NCBI RefSeq assembly: GCF_964213995.1
Contig: NW_027590159.1
Location: 124,001-188,000 of the forward strand
Source of the DNA: Mustelus asterias
Lineage: Eukaryota
Direction of reading: 5' to 3'
Length of the DNA: 64,000 nucleotides
Both the position numbers and the translations under genes were made by a program. Positions within the stretch are counted from its first letter, which is position 1. Each line of letters opens with the position of its first letter. Shown here in pieces: positions 27,629-39,324 of this stretch. The notes below the pieces were generated by a model, which made no database searches, was not told the DNA's origin, and was given only the letters and a program-made list of their open reading frames with translations.

Positions 27629-29524
27629 AAAGTGGGAAGGGGGAGGAAGGTGAGCTGTTGCCTGCCTGCCTGCTGTCATTGGCCTCGGGGTGGGCGTAGC
27701 ACTCCCTTGATTACTATGGAGGCATCGCCAGCGTCGCCGGTGGCAGAGCCTTCTCGGCCCACCTATGCGGGCGTGGCGGCAACCAGAGCCCCCGCCGCTC
27801 CCAAGGCCCTGCCACCTTTTTCGTTGCTCACGCGGCAGCTCGGGGTTAAGGGCTACGCCCACCCCGGCATGTCTATCGAGGCCTGTGTCAAGGCAATGGC
27901 TGGGGTTGTCGGCCCCTGAGCCATTGTCGCGGCCTCGAAGATGTACGGCCGGGCCGTATTCTTTTTGAAGGCCGAGCGGGCGGTCCACCTCGCCCTGGAG
28001 AGGGGGCTCACGGTGGGCGGGACGTTCCTGGCGGTGGACCCATTGGAGGCCACCGCCCATAAGATCATCATCTCGAAAGTCCCGCCCTTTCAACCCGGTG
28101 AGCTCCTCCTCCCCCACATCCATCCACTGGGGGAGGTCAGGTCCGGGGTGGTGCCGATCCCGCTTGACCTTTGGGACCCCTCCCCCCGCCATGTCTACTC
28201 CTTTTTGTCCATTTCTCCATTTGTCTGCCTGACCCGGGAGGAGGTCCTGGAGGGAGGGTTTAGTATCCGTTCCACCCAGCCGATTACAACCCGGAGTTCT
28301 TTTTCAGTATGCCGGGGGACTGGGGCGACACCCCAATGTTCGTGTCCCCGTGCGGCGGTGGCGAGGAAATGGTCCACTCGTCCTCTCCGTCCCGGCCTTG
28401 GACGCTGGACATCCCTGACCTTAATCCGGAGGTTGTACCAGACCTGGGGGGTGTCCAAGCGTCTGGGGCGGAGCGGGGGACTGAGTCGCCGCTGCACGCG
28501 GGCCTGCAAACCGGGGAAGGTGAGCCCGGGGGGAACCCCTCCTCCACCGATCCTGGGGGTGGGATCGGGGAGGGGTTGGGGCGAGTTGGTGACTCCGTGC
28601 CGCCCGCCGTACGTCCTGCGGCAGGGGACTCGGAGTCGAGGGGCGACCGCCCTGAGGAGGTCAGCGGCTCGGTGGAGGGCACGGGGACACTTTTGGAGTC
28701 TGCCCAGAGCGAGGCGGGGTCTCCCTCGTGCCTCCCACCGAGTCATCCCTCCTGCGGATTCACTGTCTGGAACACGGTCGCCTCGCGACGCTGCTCCCTA
28801 ACCCCCACCCCACCCCACCCCACCCCCCACACCCCCCCCAAACCCCCCCACACCACCCGCTCCCCAAACCCCTCCCACCCACCCCAAACCCCTCCCACCC
28901 CACCCCCACACCCCCACCCCCACACCCACACCCACACCCCCACCCCACAACCATAGGATTCACTGGTTCACGGGCTCCGAAGACTGCCCTTTCTGTGGCC
29001 TTGTGGAGTCCGTGGACCATGTCTATGTTTTGTGTCTTAGGCTGCACTCCCTTTTTGTTTTCCTAAAGAACCTTTTGTTGATGTTTTGCTTGCACTTCAG
29101 TCCCTCGCTCCTGATCTACGGACACCTGGTGCGGAGAGGGAAGGGGAGGGATGGCGACCTCCTCGTGAACCTGCTCCTGGGCCTGGTGAAACGCGCCATT
29201 TACCGGTCCAGGCAGCGGGCGATCGAGGGGGCCGTCCATCCTGACTGTCTGCCCCTCTACCACGGCTTTGTTCGCGGCCAGGTGTCCCTGGAGAGGGAGC
29301 ATGCGGTGTCCACGGGCGAGGTTGACGCTTTCCGCGCCCGTTGGGCACCGCAGGGGTTGGGGTGCGTTATCGACCCTAATAATCACATTTTAATTTGTTG
29401 TCTTTAAGTTTGCTTTGAACTTTGATTTCTGTTCGGGCTGTTCCCCCTCCTTTTGGGGAGCTGCCCCTTTTACTTTGTCCTGACTTAATTTGGCTTTGTT
29501 TATTTGGTTTGACCTAAAAAGAGG
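27629..29524 (+). mobile_element. Tx1-clade non-LTR retrotransposon, internally deleted (ORF1 N-terminus plus ORF2 C-terminus)
   Basis: ORF1 from ATG 27716 (LTRQLGVK..SIEACV..IVAASKMYGRAVFFL..ISKVPPF..RHVYSF) with an in-frame stop at 27917; ORF2 end CPFCGLVESVDHVYVLC (CCHC) ~28985-29407; T-rich UTR and taaaaagag tail. Confidence 0.85.
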
Positions 29525-29869
29525 CCAACATCTGTGAGTAAAAGACTTTCTTTTCTCTCCCTTTCCATTTCTTTTCTCATTCTGGGGGAAATTGGGGATT
29601 TGCAGCAACTGAAGGGAAAGGAAGTGAATCCAGGGAGGCTGCAGACTCTGAAAAGGTTGGCCCAGGTCTGTCTGTCTCTCTTTTTTAAAGACATTGACAT
29701 CCTTTGCTCCCTCAGTTTGACTCATTTATTTGTCTGGATGAAGCATAGTCTCTTTGCTAATGTTCACAATTAAAGGGATGTTTTCTCCAGGAGATGGCTG
29801 ACATTTAAGGGCACACTAAATTAATATTGTGCACATTCATGACCTGGACACGTCAGACTTATGATCAAT

Positions 29870-31195
29870 AGGATCATAGAATCCTGCAGTGCAGAAGGAG
29901 GCCTTTCGGCCCATCGAATCTGCAGTGACCACAATTTCATGGAGATTTACAGCATGGAAACAGGCCCTTTGGCCCAACTTGTAAATGCCACCCTTTTTTT
30001 AAAACCCCTAAGCTAGTCCCAATTGCCTGCATTTGGCCCACATCCCTCTGTACCCAACGTATCCATGTTCCAATCTAAGTGCTTTTTAAAAGACAGAATT
30101 GTACCCGCCTCTACTACTACCTCTGGCAGCTTATTCCAGACACTCATTATCCTCTGTGTGAAAAAATTGCCCCTCTGGACACTTTTGTACCACTCCCCTC
30201 TCACCTTAAACCTATGCCCTCCAGTTTTAGACTTCCCTACCTTTGGGAAAAGATATTGACTATCCAGCTGAGCTATGCCCCTCATTATTTTATAGACTTC
30301 TATAAGATCACCCCTCAACCTTCTATGCTCCAGAGAAAAAAGTTCCAGTCTATCCAGCCTTTCCTTATAACTCAAACCATCAAGTCCGGGTAGCATCCCT
30401 GTAAATCTTTTCTGCACTATTTCTAGTTTAATAATATCTTTTCTATAATAGGATGACCAGAACTGTACACAGTATTCCAAATGTGACCGTACCAATGTCT
30501 TGTACAACTTCAACAAGACGTCCTACTTCCTGTATTCAATGTTCTGACCGACGAAACCAAGCATGCCGAATGCCTTCTTCACCACTGTCCATCTTGTGAC
30601 CTCACTTTCAAGGAGCTATGAACATGTACCTCTCGATCTCTTTGTTCTGTAACTCTCCTCAACGCCCTACCATTAACTGAGTAAGTGCTACCCTGATTCA
30701 TAGAACATACAACATTACAGCGCAGTACAGGCCCTTCGGCCTTCGATGTTGCGCCGACCAGTGAAACCAATCTAAAACCCATCTAACCGACACTATTCCA
30801 ATATCATCCATATGTTTATCCAATGACCATTTAAATGCCCTTAATGTTGGCAAGTCCACTCCTGCTGCAGGCAGGGCATTCCACGCCCTTACTACCCTCT
30901 GAGTGAAGAATCTACCTCTGACATCTGTCCTATATCTATCACCCCTCAATTTAAAGCTATGTCCCCTCATGCTCGCTATCACCATCTGAGGAAAAAGGCT
31001 CTCACTATCCACCCTATCTCATCCTCTGATCATCTTGTGCGCCTCTATTAAGTCACCTCTTAACCTTCTTCTCTCTAACGAAAACATCCTCAAGTCTCTC
31101 AGATTCCCTCATAAAACCTTCCCACCATACCAGACAACATCCGAGTAAATCTCCTCTGCACCCTTTCCAATGCTTCCACATCCTTCCTATAATGC
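29870..31195 (-). mobile_element. Nested CR1-type LINE 3' fragments
   Basis: ORFs 30013-30516 ([18 protein letters not shown]) and 30698-31012. Confidence 0.9.
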
Positions 31196-32024
31196 AACAT
31201 AGACGGGGAAACAAAACAATCAATGATTCTCTCTACCCCAGTTCCACAGTGAGTGGGACAGGGACAAGCAGCAGGATCTTACCACGCACTCTCCAATCAC
31301 CCATCCGCTGCCAGCAGAAAGCGGCAACTGCAGCTTCAATCAGCGGCTTACTGCCCATCCCTGGGACACAGGATACTCCAAACGGTGTGAAACATAACAA
31401 TGCACCGACCAAACGCTCATCAAAAAGTTGATCGACTATAGTGCGCTCACTGAAGATTCAAACAGCATTTACACAAAACCCGAGTAAGTCACAAACAATA
31501 TTTTTACCAACTTTCCAAAACTTTTCAGTCATAAATTCGTTCATTTGACTGAAAAGCTGAGTGTTGTGAATCTGGAAATGAGCAGTGTGGGATTTCTGTT
31601 ACCCAGTGAATTGTTTTCCATTGTTTGTCTGTCAGATTTGCAATTCCATTTGTCTTGTACATTGAAGAGAATCTCATTTCAAAATGATGTGAAAACCAGG
31701 AAAATATTAAATACTGGAAGAAATCTTGAGGGAAATGGGTCACAATGTTGGGAAGGCGGTGCAGCTGTGAATGATGTTATTTGTGATTGAGTGGAAAGTA
31801 TTATATCCTGCGGGATTCTGCGGGATCAACATAGCCAAAGAGACTTATATAGAATTGTAAACGCTGCGGTCATGCTGTAGTTCTGGAACAGGTTTTGCAG
31901 AAATAGAATTTGGGTCATTGGCACCCTGGTTTAGAATATCTTTAGCAGCTGTTTTGTCAGTCTCTGTGGCGCAATTAGTCAGCGCGTTCAGCTGTTAGCT
32001 GAAAAGTTGGTAGTTTAAGACCAC

Positions 32025-32238
32025 AGCAAGAGTTTTAACAACACCAGGTTAAAGTCCAACAGGTTTATTTGGTAGCTAATACCATTAGCTTTCGGAGCGC
32101 TGCTCCTTCGTCAGATGGAGTGGAAATGTGCTCTCAAGCTAATGTTATTTGCTACCAAATAAACCCATTGGACTTTAACCTGGTGTTGTTAAAACTCTTG
32201 CTGTGTTCACCCCAGTCCAACGCCGGCATCTCCACATC
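32025..32238. mobile_element. Penelope-like element fragment: long inverted repeat, 13-bp TSD
   Basis: Arms ~32022-32091 and ~32136-32205 are reverse complements; TSD agtttaagaccac at 32012-32024 and 32239-32251. Confidence 0.75.
32082..32118 (-). ncRNA. Minimal type I hammerhead ribozyme
   Basis: CCAT-CTGACGA-A-GGAGC-AGC-GCTCC-GAAA-GC-TA-ATGG: complete core, 5-bp stem II, 4-bp stem I, palindromic AGCT stem III. Confidence 0.7.
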
Positions 32239-32864
32239 AGTTTAAGACCACCCAGAGACGTAGTTTTCACTGTTTTGACCTCATCAGCATTCATAGGCAA
32301 ACAGTTGCGGGTTAGCAATGGGCCCGGAGGTGTCATTAAATATATAAGAACAAAAGACCAAAGAAAATTACAGCTCAGGGACAGGCCCTTCGGCCCTCCA
32401 AGCCTGCATCGACCATGCTGCCCGACTGAACTAAAACCCCTTACCCTTCCGGGGACCACATCCCCCTATTCCCATCCTATTCATGTATTTGTCCAGATGC
32501 CCCTTAAAACTCACCATCGTATCTGCTTCCACTGCATCTCCCGATGAGTTCCAGGCACCCACCACCGTCTGTGTAAAAAACATGTCTCGTACATCTATAT
32601 ATCCATCAAGTGTTACTGGTTGGAATGTTATCCGGTGTTATCAACATTCTTTAATGCATATTGATTTCAAACAAATTACACGTAATTTAAATTTGCTTCC
32701 ATTATCCCATTAAACTTAACAATTAGAATCAAAACATGATTTAAGTTTATTCATTTATTATTCATTATTAGTTTCACAAATAGCCTTACATTAACACTGA
32801 AATGAAGTTACTGCGAAAGTCTTAGATTCCACAGCCAGGGAAAATAATGTCTTCCCCTATCAAA

Positions 32865-33187
32865 TCCATAGAATGGTAGATTCCCTGCAGCACAGAAGGA
32901 GGCCATTCGGTACACCGAGCCTGCACCGACAACAATCCCACCTACGTCAAATCCCTGCAACACCACGTATTTAACCTGCTAACCCCAGTGACACTGAGGG
33001 GCAATTTAGCATGGCCAATCACTGAATCCACACATCTTTGGACTGTGGGTGGAAAGCGGAACAACTGAAAGGAAAGCCGTGCAGACACGGGGCGAACGTG
33101 CAAACTCCACACAGAGAGTCACCTGAGGCCGGAAATGAACCGGGGTCCCTGGCTATCAGACAGCAGTGCTAAACCCTGAACAACTGT
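32865..33187 (-). mobile_element. tRNA-derived SINE (HE1-like)
   Basis: Same SINE body as 7666-7872. Confidence 0.75.
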
Positions 33188-33844
33188 AGCAATACTTCAA
33201 AAACTTCAAAACTTAACTCCGTGTTGAAGGCTGGAAGGAGAATGTGACAGTGGGTAATTGGCAGTGTGCACATTCCTGTAATCAGTGACTGGGAGGATCA
33301 GGAAGATGAGATATCTGGATCTCTTTATACTGTCATCTCTAAACTCCATCTCCTCTCAGTGCCGTGTGTCTTACATTCCCTGCCCCTGCTTTCCAGGTAT
33401 AGCTCGGGCTCACTACTTGTCTCTGTCTGCATTAAGCAGCTAATTGACCCTGGGAGCTGGACGGTCAGAGGAAGCTGGAGAACAGAAACAGGAAGAGAAG
33501 CGACATGATAGTGTTTCGTAAATGACTTGTATCACTTGCTCTCTGTGATGAATGCCTGCCGTGTGTTACCTTGTAAGTTTCACAGGAGCCACAGTGATGG
33601 AGTTGGTGGGTTTTGGAAATTGAAAGTGTCACATGGCACCTTGCGGGACTATTTTACCTCACTGTCGATTTCATGTTCCAACTAACAGAATTCGCTGGTT
33701 TCATTGGCTGAAGCAGTCACTTGTGTTCGATCTAAACATTAAACTTTGAAGGAGAAACATGCTCTGGTGAATAAAATGTCCAACATAAAATAAAAGACAG
33801 GAGGTCCATGTATAAATTAGTGTTTTAAATAATTCGCGTTAACT

Positions 33845-33916
33845 TCCCTGATGGTCTAGTGGTTAGGATTCGGCGCTCTCACCACCGCGGCCAGGATTCG
33901 ATTCCCGGTCAGGGGA
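33845..33916 (+). tRNA. tRNA-Glu(CTC), several stem mismatches (possibly pseudogene)
   Basis: tccctgatggtctagtggttaggattcggcgctctcaccaccgcggccaggattcgattcccggtcagggga. Confidence 0.75.
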
Positions 33917-34444
33917 TGTCGATTTATTGCTATACCCTGTACAACAATCCCGCGTTACTTCCGGGTCAGCACCAGTTCTGTCGCAATCAGTGTGAGACAT
34001 TTCCTCTTTTGTGTCTGAATTGGAAATGTCACATGTCAAGAATTTTAAAAAACCGATGGACTGGAAAGCGCTGACGATAGAGATGGTGATGCGGGGTAAA
34101 ATTTGGCTGACAATCGGGTGGATTTCATTGTTTCCACTGATACAAATATCGTGCAGATCAGGGTCCAAATCTCGGGCTCAGTGACAAGAAAATCTTTAAC
34201 TGAATTAAACAGCAAACTTTCTGACCTCCAGTGAAATGGTGGCAGTTTTCACTCAGAAACCAGGAACGGTGAGTTTAACAGCGCAGGATGGAGAAGGACT
34301 CAGTTTGAATGGTGAGACTGCGGGTGGAATGGCGAGCTGGAGTTCAACCAGAAATGCAGCAAAGTTTAAAAACAATCGCGCTCAACGTGGGGCTGGAACC
34401 CACGGTCCATTAACGGTGATAAATTCATGTTGTTCAGCAGAGTT

Positions 34445-36750
34445 CAAAGAGTCAGGGAACCATGGTTCACGAAAGAGGTGGAATGTCTTGTGAAAAAGAA
34501 GAGGGAAGCTTCTGTAGGGATGAGGAAACAAGGTTCAGATGGCTCGATTGAGGGTTACAAGTTAGCAAGGAATGAGCTGAAAAAGGGGCTTAGGAGAGCT
34601 AGAAGGGGACATGAGAAGTCCTTGGCGGGCCGGATCAAGGAAAACCCCAAGGCTTTTTACTCTCATGTGAGGAATAAAAGAATGACCAGAGACAGTAGTG
34701 GGAACTTGTGTATGGAGTCAGCAGAGATAGGCGAGGTGATGAATGAATACTTTTCTTCAGTGTTCACCAAGGAGAGGGGCCATGTTTTTGAGGAAGAGGT
34801 GTTACAGGCTAATAGATCATAGAAACCCTACAGTGCAGAAGGAGGCCATTCGGCCCATCGAGTCTGCACCGACCACAATCCCACCCAGGCCCTACCCCCA
34901 CATATTTACCCACTAATCCCTCTAACCTACGCATCCCAGGACTCTAAGGGGCAATTTTTAACCTGGCCAATCAACCTAACCCGCACATCTTTGGACTGTG
35001 GGAGGAAACCGGAGCACCCGGAGGAAACCCACGCAGACACAAGGAGAATGTGCAAACTCCACACAGACAGTGACCCGAGCCGGGTATCGAACCTGGGATC
35101 CTGGAGCTGTGCAGCAGCAATGCTAACCACTGTGCTACCGTGCCGCACTGATGCTCGGAGGGAGGACGTACTGGCAGTTTTGAATAAACTGAAGGTCGAT
35201 AAGTCCCCTGGGCCTGATGAAATGTATCCTAGGATTCTTTGGGAGGCAAGGGATGAGATTTCAGAGCCTTTGGCTTTGATCTTTGGGTCCTCACTGTCCA
35301 TGGGGATGGTGCCAGAGGACTCGAGAGTGGCGAATGTTGTTCCTCTGTTTAAGAAAGGGAATAGAAATGACCCTGGTAATTATAGACCGGTTAGTCTTAC
35401 TTCGGTGGTTGGTAAATTGATGGAAAAGGTCCTTAGGGATGGGATTTACGACCATTTAGAAAGATGCAGATTAATCCGGGATAGTCAGCACGGATTCGTG
35501 AAGGGCAAGTCATGCCTCACAAATTTGATTGAATTTTTTGAGGAGGTAACTAAGTGTGTTGATGAAGGTAGGGCAATTGACATCATATACATGGATTTTA
35601 GTAAGGTGTTTGATAAGGTCCCCCATGGTTGGCTTATGGTGAAAGTAAGGAGGTGTGGGATAGAGGGAAAGTTGGCCGATTGGATAGGTAACTGGCTATC
35701 TGAATGAAGACAGAGGGTGGTGGTGGATGGAAAGTTTTCGGACTGGAGGCAGGTTGCTAGCGGAGTGCCACAGGGATCAGTGCTTGGTCCTCTGCTCTTT
35801 GTGATTTTTATTAATGACTTAGAGGAGGGGGCTGAAGAGTGGATCAGTAAATTTGCTGATGACACCAAGATTGGTGGAGTAGTGGATGAGGCGGAGGGCT
35901 GTTGTAAGCTAGAAGAGACATAGATAGGATGCAAAGCTGGGCTGAAAAATGGCAAATGGAGTTTAACCCTGATGAATGTGAGGTGATTCATTTTGGTGGG
36001 ACTAATTTAAATGTGGATTACAGGGTCAAAGGTAGGGTTCTGAAGACTGTGGAGGAACGGAGAGATCTTGGGGTCCATATCCACAGATCTCTAAAGGTTG
36101 CCACTCAAGTGGATAGAGCTGTGAAGAAGGCCTATCGTGTGTTAGCTTTTATTAACAGGGGGTTGGAGTTTAAGAGCCGTGGGTTATGCTGCAACTGAAC
36201 AGGACCTTGGTGAGACCACATTTGGAATATTGTGTGCAGTTCTGGTCACCTCACTATAAGAAGGATGTGGAAGCGCTGGAAAGAGTGCAGAGGACATTTA
36301 CCTGGATGCTGCCTGGTTTGGAGGGTAGGTCTTCTGAGGAAAGGTTGCGGGAGCTCGGGCTGTTCTCTCTGGAGCGGAGGAGGCTGAGGGGAGACTTAAT
36401 AGAGGTTTATAAAATGATGAAGGGGATAGATAGAGTGAACGTTCAAAGATTATTTCCTCGGGTGGAGGGAGCTATTACAAGGGGGCATAACTATAGGGTT
36501 TATGATGGGAGATATAGGAAGGATATCAGAGGTAGGTTCTATACGCAGAGAGTGGTTGGGGTGTGGAATGGACTGCCTGCAGTGATAGTGCAGTCAGACA
36601 CTTTAGGAACATTTAAGCGGTTATTGGATAGGCACATGGAGCACATCAGGATGATAGGGAGTGGGATAGCTTGATCTTGGTTTCAGATAAAGCTCGGCAC
36701 AACATCGTGGGCCGAAGGGCCTGTTCTGTGCTGTATTGTTCCATGTTCTA
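34445..36750 (+). mobile_element. Long CR1-type LINE ORF2 segment with stops/frameshift; HE1-like SINE inserted at ~34815-35146 (-)
   Basis: [48 protein letters not shown] and [11 protein letters not shown] motifs in order. Confidence 0.95.
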
Positions 36751-37351
36751 TGACATGTGTGCGGAACCTGGCTATCAGTAAAGAGATTAAAAGGGAAGGT
36801 CTGTGATAGAGAGCATAACAGGATGGATTAACTGACAGAAGGAATGATGGACAAGGGCAACATTGGGTAGTTCTCATTATTTATAAAGTTTGCTGCTTTC
36901 CGGGGTGAACTCCAGCTCTCCATTCCTCTGGCAGCGTCACCAATCAAACTGAGTCTTTCTCTATCCCACTTTGTTAATCTCACAGTTGCTGCTTTCTGAA
37001 TGAAGGCTGCTTGGAATCAGTCTCAGTCAAATAGATTACTGCTAAATTCAGTGAGAAGTTTCTTGTCATTCAGCACGATATTTTTATCCAGAAATGAGTG
37101 ATATTTCTGTCAGTGCAAACGGTTAAATCGACCCATTACCACCCAGATCTTACCTTATATCAACATCTCCAATGTCAGCGCTTCGCAGGCTATCACTGTA
37201 TCACTGTCTTTCACAATCAGTATTGGTTCTCGAACTGACCTCATACCCATATGACATTTCCAACTCGGAAGCAAAAATACAAATCTCACTCCATTGTTTC
37301 TGGCAGAGCTGCTTTCGAGCAGGAAGTATTGGAGGTTTCTTTATCAAAACA

Positions 37352-37423
37352 TTTAAATCTTAATCTATCGAAGCCAGTCTGCGACCCTGAAAGGGCTGAA
37401 CCCGAACCACTGGATCACCAGGA
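37352..37423 (-). pseudogene. Decayed tRNA-Glu
   Basis: Reverse strand tcctggtgatccagtggttcgggttcagccctttca..; its flank 37080-37350 is an inverted paralog of the 33920-34210 flank. Confidence 0.55.
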
Positions 37424-37836
37424 TCTCATCTTCCTGATTTTCCCGGATACTTATGACAGGAATGTGCACAGTGCCAATTATCGACATTCATGTACTCCTT
37501 CCTGTCTGTTAAGACATTAAATTGTTCATATTTTCACACTGGCTCCAGTGTGACGAAAGCAGAGCTGTGATATGCTGATGTTGTTCAGCATTTTTAACAC
37601 AACAGGTTTGTAAAGGTTCGATGCTAACATTGCTCTTTCAACGTGGTGAGCTACAGTGAAATATAATGCAGTTGAAGGTAGCTTACTCATTTTTGCAGGA
37701 GGAATCAGCAAGGGCAATGAAAATATGAATTGCTGTGGGTAATTGATGGAATTGTGCAATGGGACTGATATTTCGCCCTGCTGTTCAAATTGGCACAGGT
37801 ACTGAGCGACCATCTTCAGGCTGCTCCCGTGTGCTG

Positions 37837-37908
37837 GGTTCCGTGGTGTAATGGTGAGCACTCTGGACTCTGAATCCAGCGATCCGAGTTCAAATCTCGG
37901 CGGAACCT
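37837..37908 (+). tRNA. tRNA-Gln(CTG), intact
   Basis: Full cloverleaf: GGTTCCG/CGGAACC acceptor, CTGGA-CTCTGAA-TCCAG anticodon arm, GTTCAAATC T-loop. Confidence 0.95.
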
Positions 37909-38242
37909 TGCTTTAATTTGCAGATGATGGATATGCTGAAGGGTGTTTAATTTTCTCACCAAGTCCGAATCGAGAGAACAATTTGTCAGCCAGTTCAGCT
38001 GCTGTTAGAATGCACATTGCTGAACCTTTGGCGCGAGATGCCTGCAACATCAGTGATTTTCATCTTTTCGCCACTCTTTAACTCCTCTGTTGAAAGATAG
38101 AAGCTGTTGGTGTTGCACAATAACAATTCGATTGGAGTCTGGCAATTATTGAGCAAAATGTGTGTGTGTGCGTGTGAGTGCGTGTGAGAGAGAAAGAGAG
38201 TCGGTGCGTGTGTGTGTTTTGGAGAAAAGACTGCTGTCGGTC

Positions 38243-39217
38243 GATTCCATGGTGTAATGGTTCGCACTCTGGCCTCTCGCCTCCGAATTCTGGTTTAAAT
38301 TGGGACGGATGAGTGAATGAGTGACACATGTAGGTGGACCCCCTGCCCACTGTGGTGACTCTGCTTCTCAGCCCTTTGTGTTCTTGAGCAACGTTCTCTG
38401 GAGCTGATGCAATGACGCCGGGAGAGTCATTCGCTGCATCGTCTGCAATGTGATTGCGGTGGAATTTGCTGAAATTTCCTCAGTGTTTAGTTTTCCACTT
38501 TCTGAGAATTAAAAATGAAATGCGCTTCAGCAAACTCATCATCGTCTTTAGCAAATAAAAACAATCTTTCACCGAGTTCTGAACTCCGTTTACTGCATTC
38601 GGAGTCCAGAGTGCCCACCATCACACCACAGAAACAGGAACAGAGCCACCTGATGCAAATAGTTACTCAAAGCTTGTGACCTTTTTCATTCAATGCGGCA
38701 GCAACAGCAAGTGGATCAAATGCTTTGAGTGACCATTTGCAGCCGGCTGCTATGTTGTAGGTCCTCTGGTCTAATGGTGACCACTCTGAATCCAGTGAAC
38801 CGAGTTTAAATTTAGGCGGACCCTTGCTCTTCTTTGCCATTGTTGAGGATTGATTTGTCGATGGATCTTTTATTTCAGTTCCTCATAAAGCAGGAATCGG
38901 GAGGACAATTTGTCAGCCAGTTCAACTTCCATTACATTGCACAATGCTGAGCCTCCGGCGATAGATGCCGACATCAGCAATATTTTTTTCATCTTTCGCT
39001 ACTCTTTAAATCATCTGTTGAAAGAAAGAAGCAGTTGGTGTCACACAACAGCAACCATTCGACTGGAGACTGGCAATTATTGAGCAAGTGTGTGTGTGTG
39101 TGTGTGTGTTTTGGGAGCAAGGTCTGGTGTCATAGGTCAGAGTGCTGTCGTTTCCTTGGTGTAACGCTTAGCAATCTGGACTCTCGCCGTCCGACTTCTT
39201 GTTTAAATTGCGACAGA
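38243..39217. pseudogene. Four decayed tRNA-Gln copies (~38243-38312 +, ~38564-38635 -, ~38760-38825 +, ~39150-39217 +)
   Basis: Each aligns to the Gln gene at 37837; block ~37830-38350 is duplicated at ~38750-39255. Confidence 0.7.
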
Positions 39218-39324
39218 TGAGTGAGTGACTGACACCCGGAGGTGGATCCCCTGCAAAATATATTTTGAATTAGGAACATCTTTTGGAATGATTGATCCTC
39301 ATTTTGTTTCATTTTATGTCAAAT

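Larger units (their letters stand above)
31960..32260 (+). pseudogene. tRNA-Asn(GTT) split by an insertion in the T-arm
   Basis: gtctctgtggcgcaatt..ctgttagc..agtttaagaccac [insert] agtttaagaccacccagagacg. Confidence 0.85.

Noticed and set aside
28800-28950. C-rich tract as a proline-rich protein or functional G4
   Set aside because: Low-complexity filler at the Tx1 deletion junction, possibly poor-quality sequence.
34378-34410. tRNA-Lys 3'-half remnants on the minus strand (also ~41420-41455)
   Set aside because: Only ~30 nt are recognisable, too short to call as genes.
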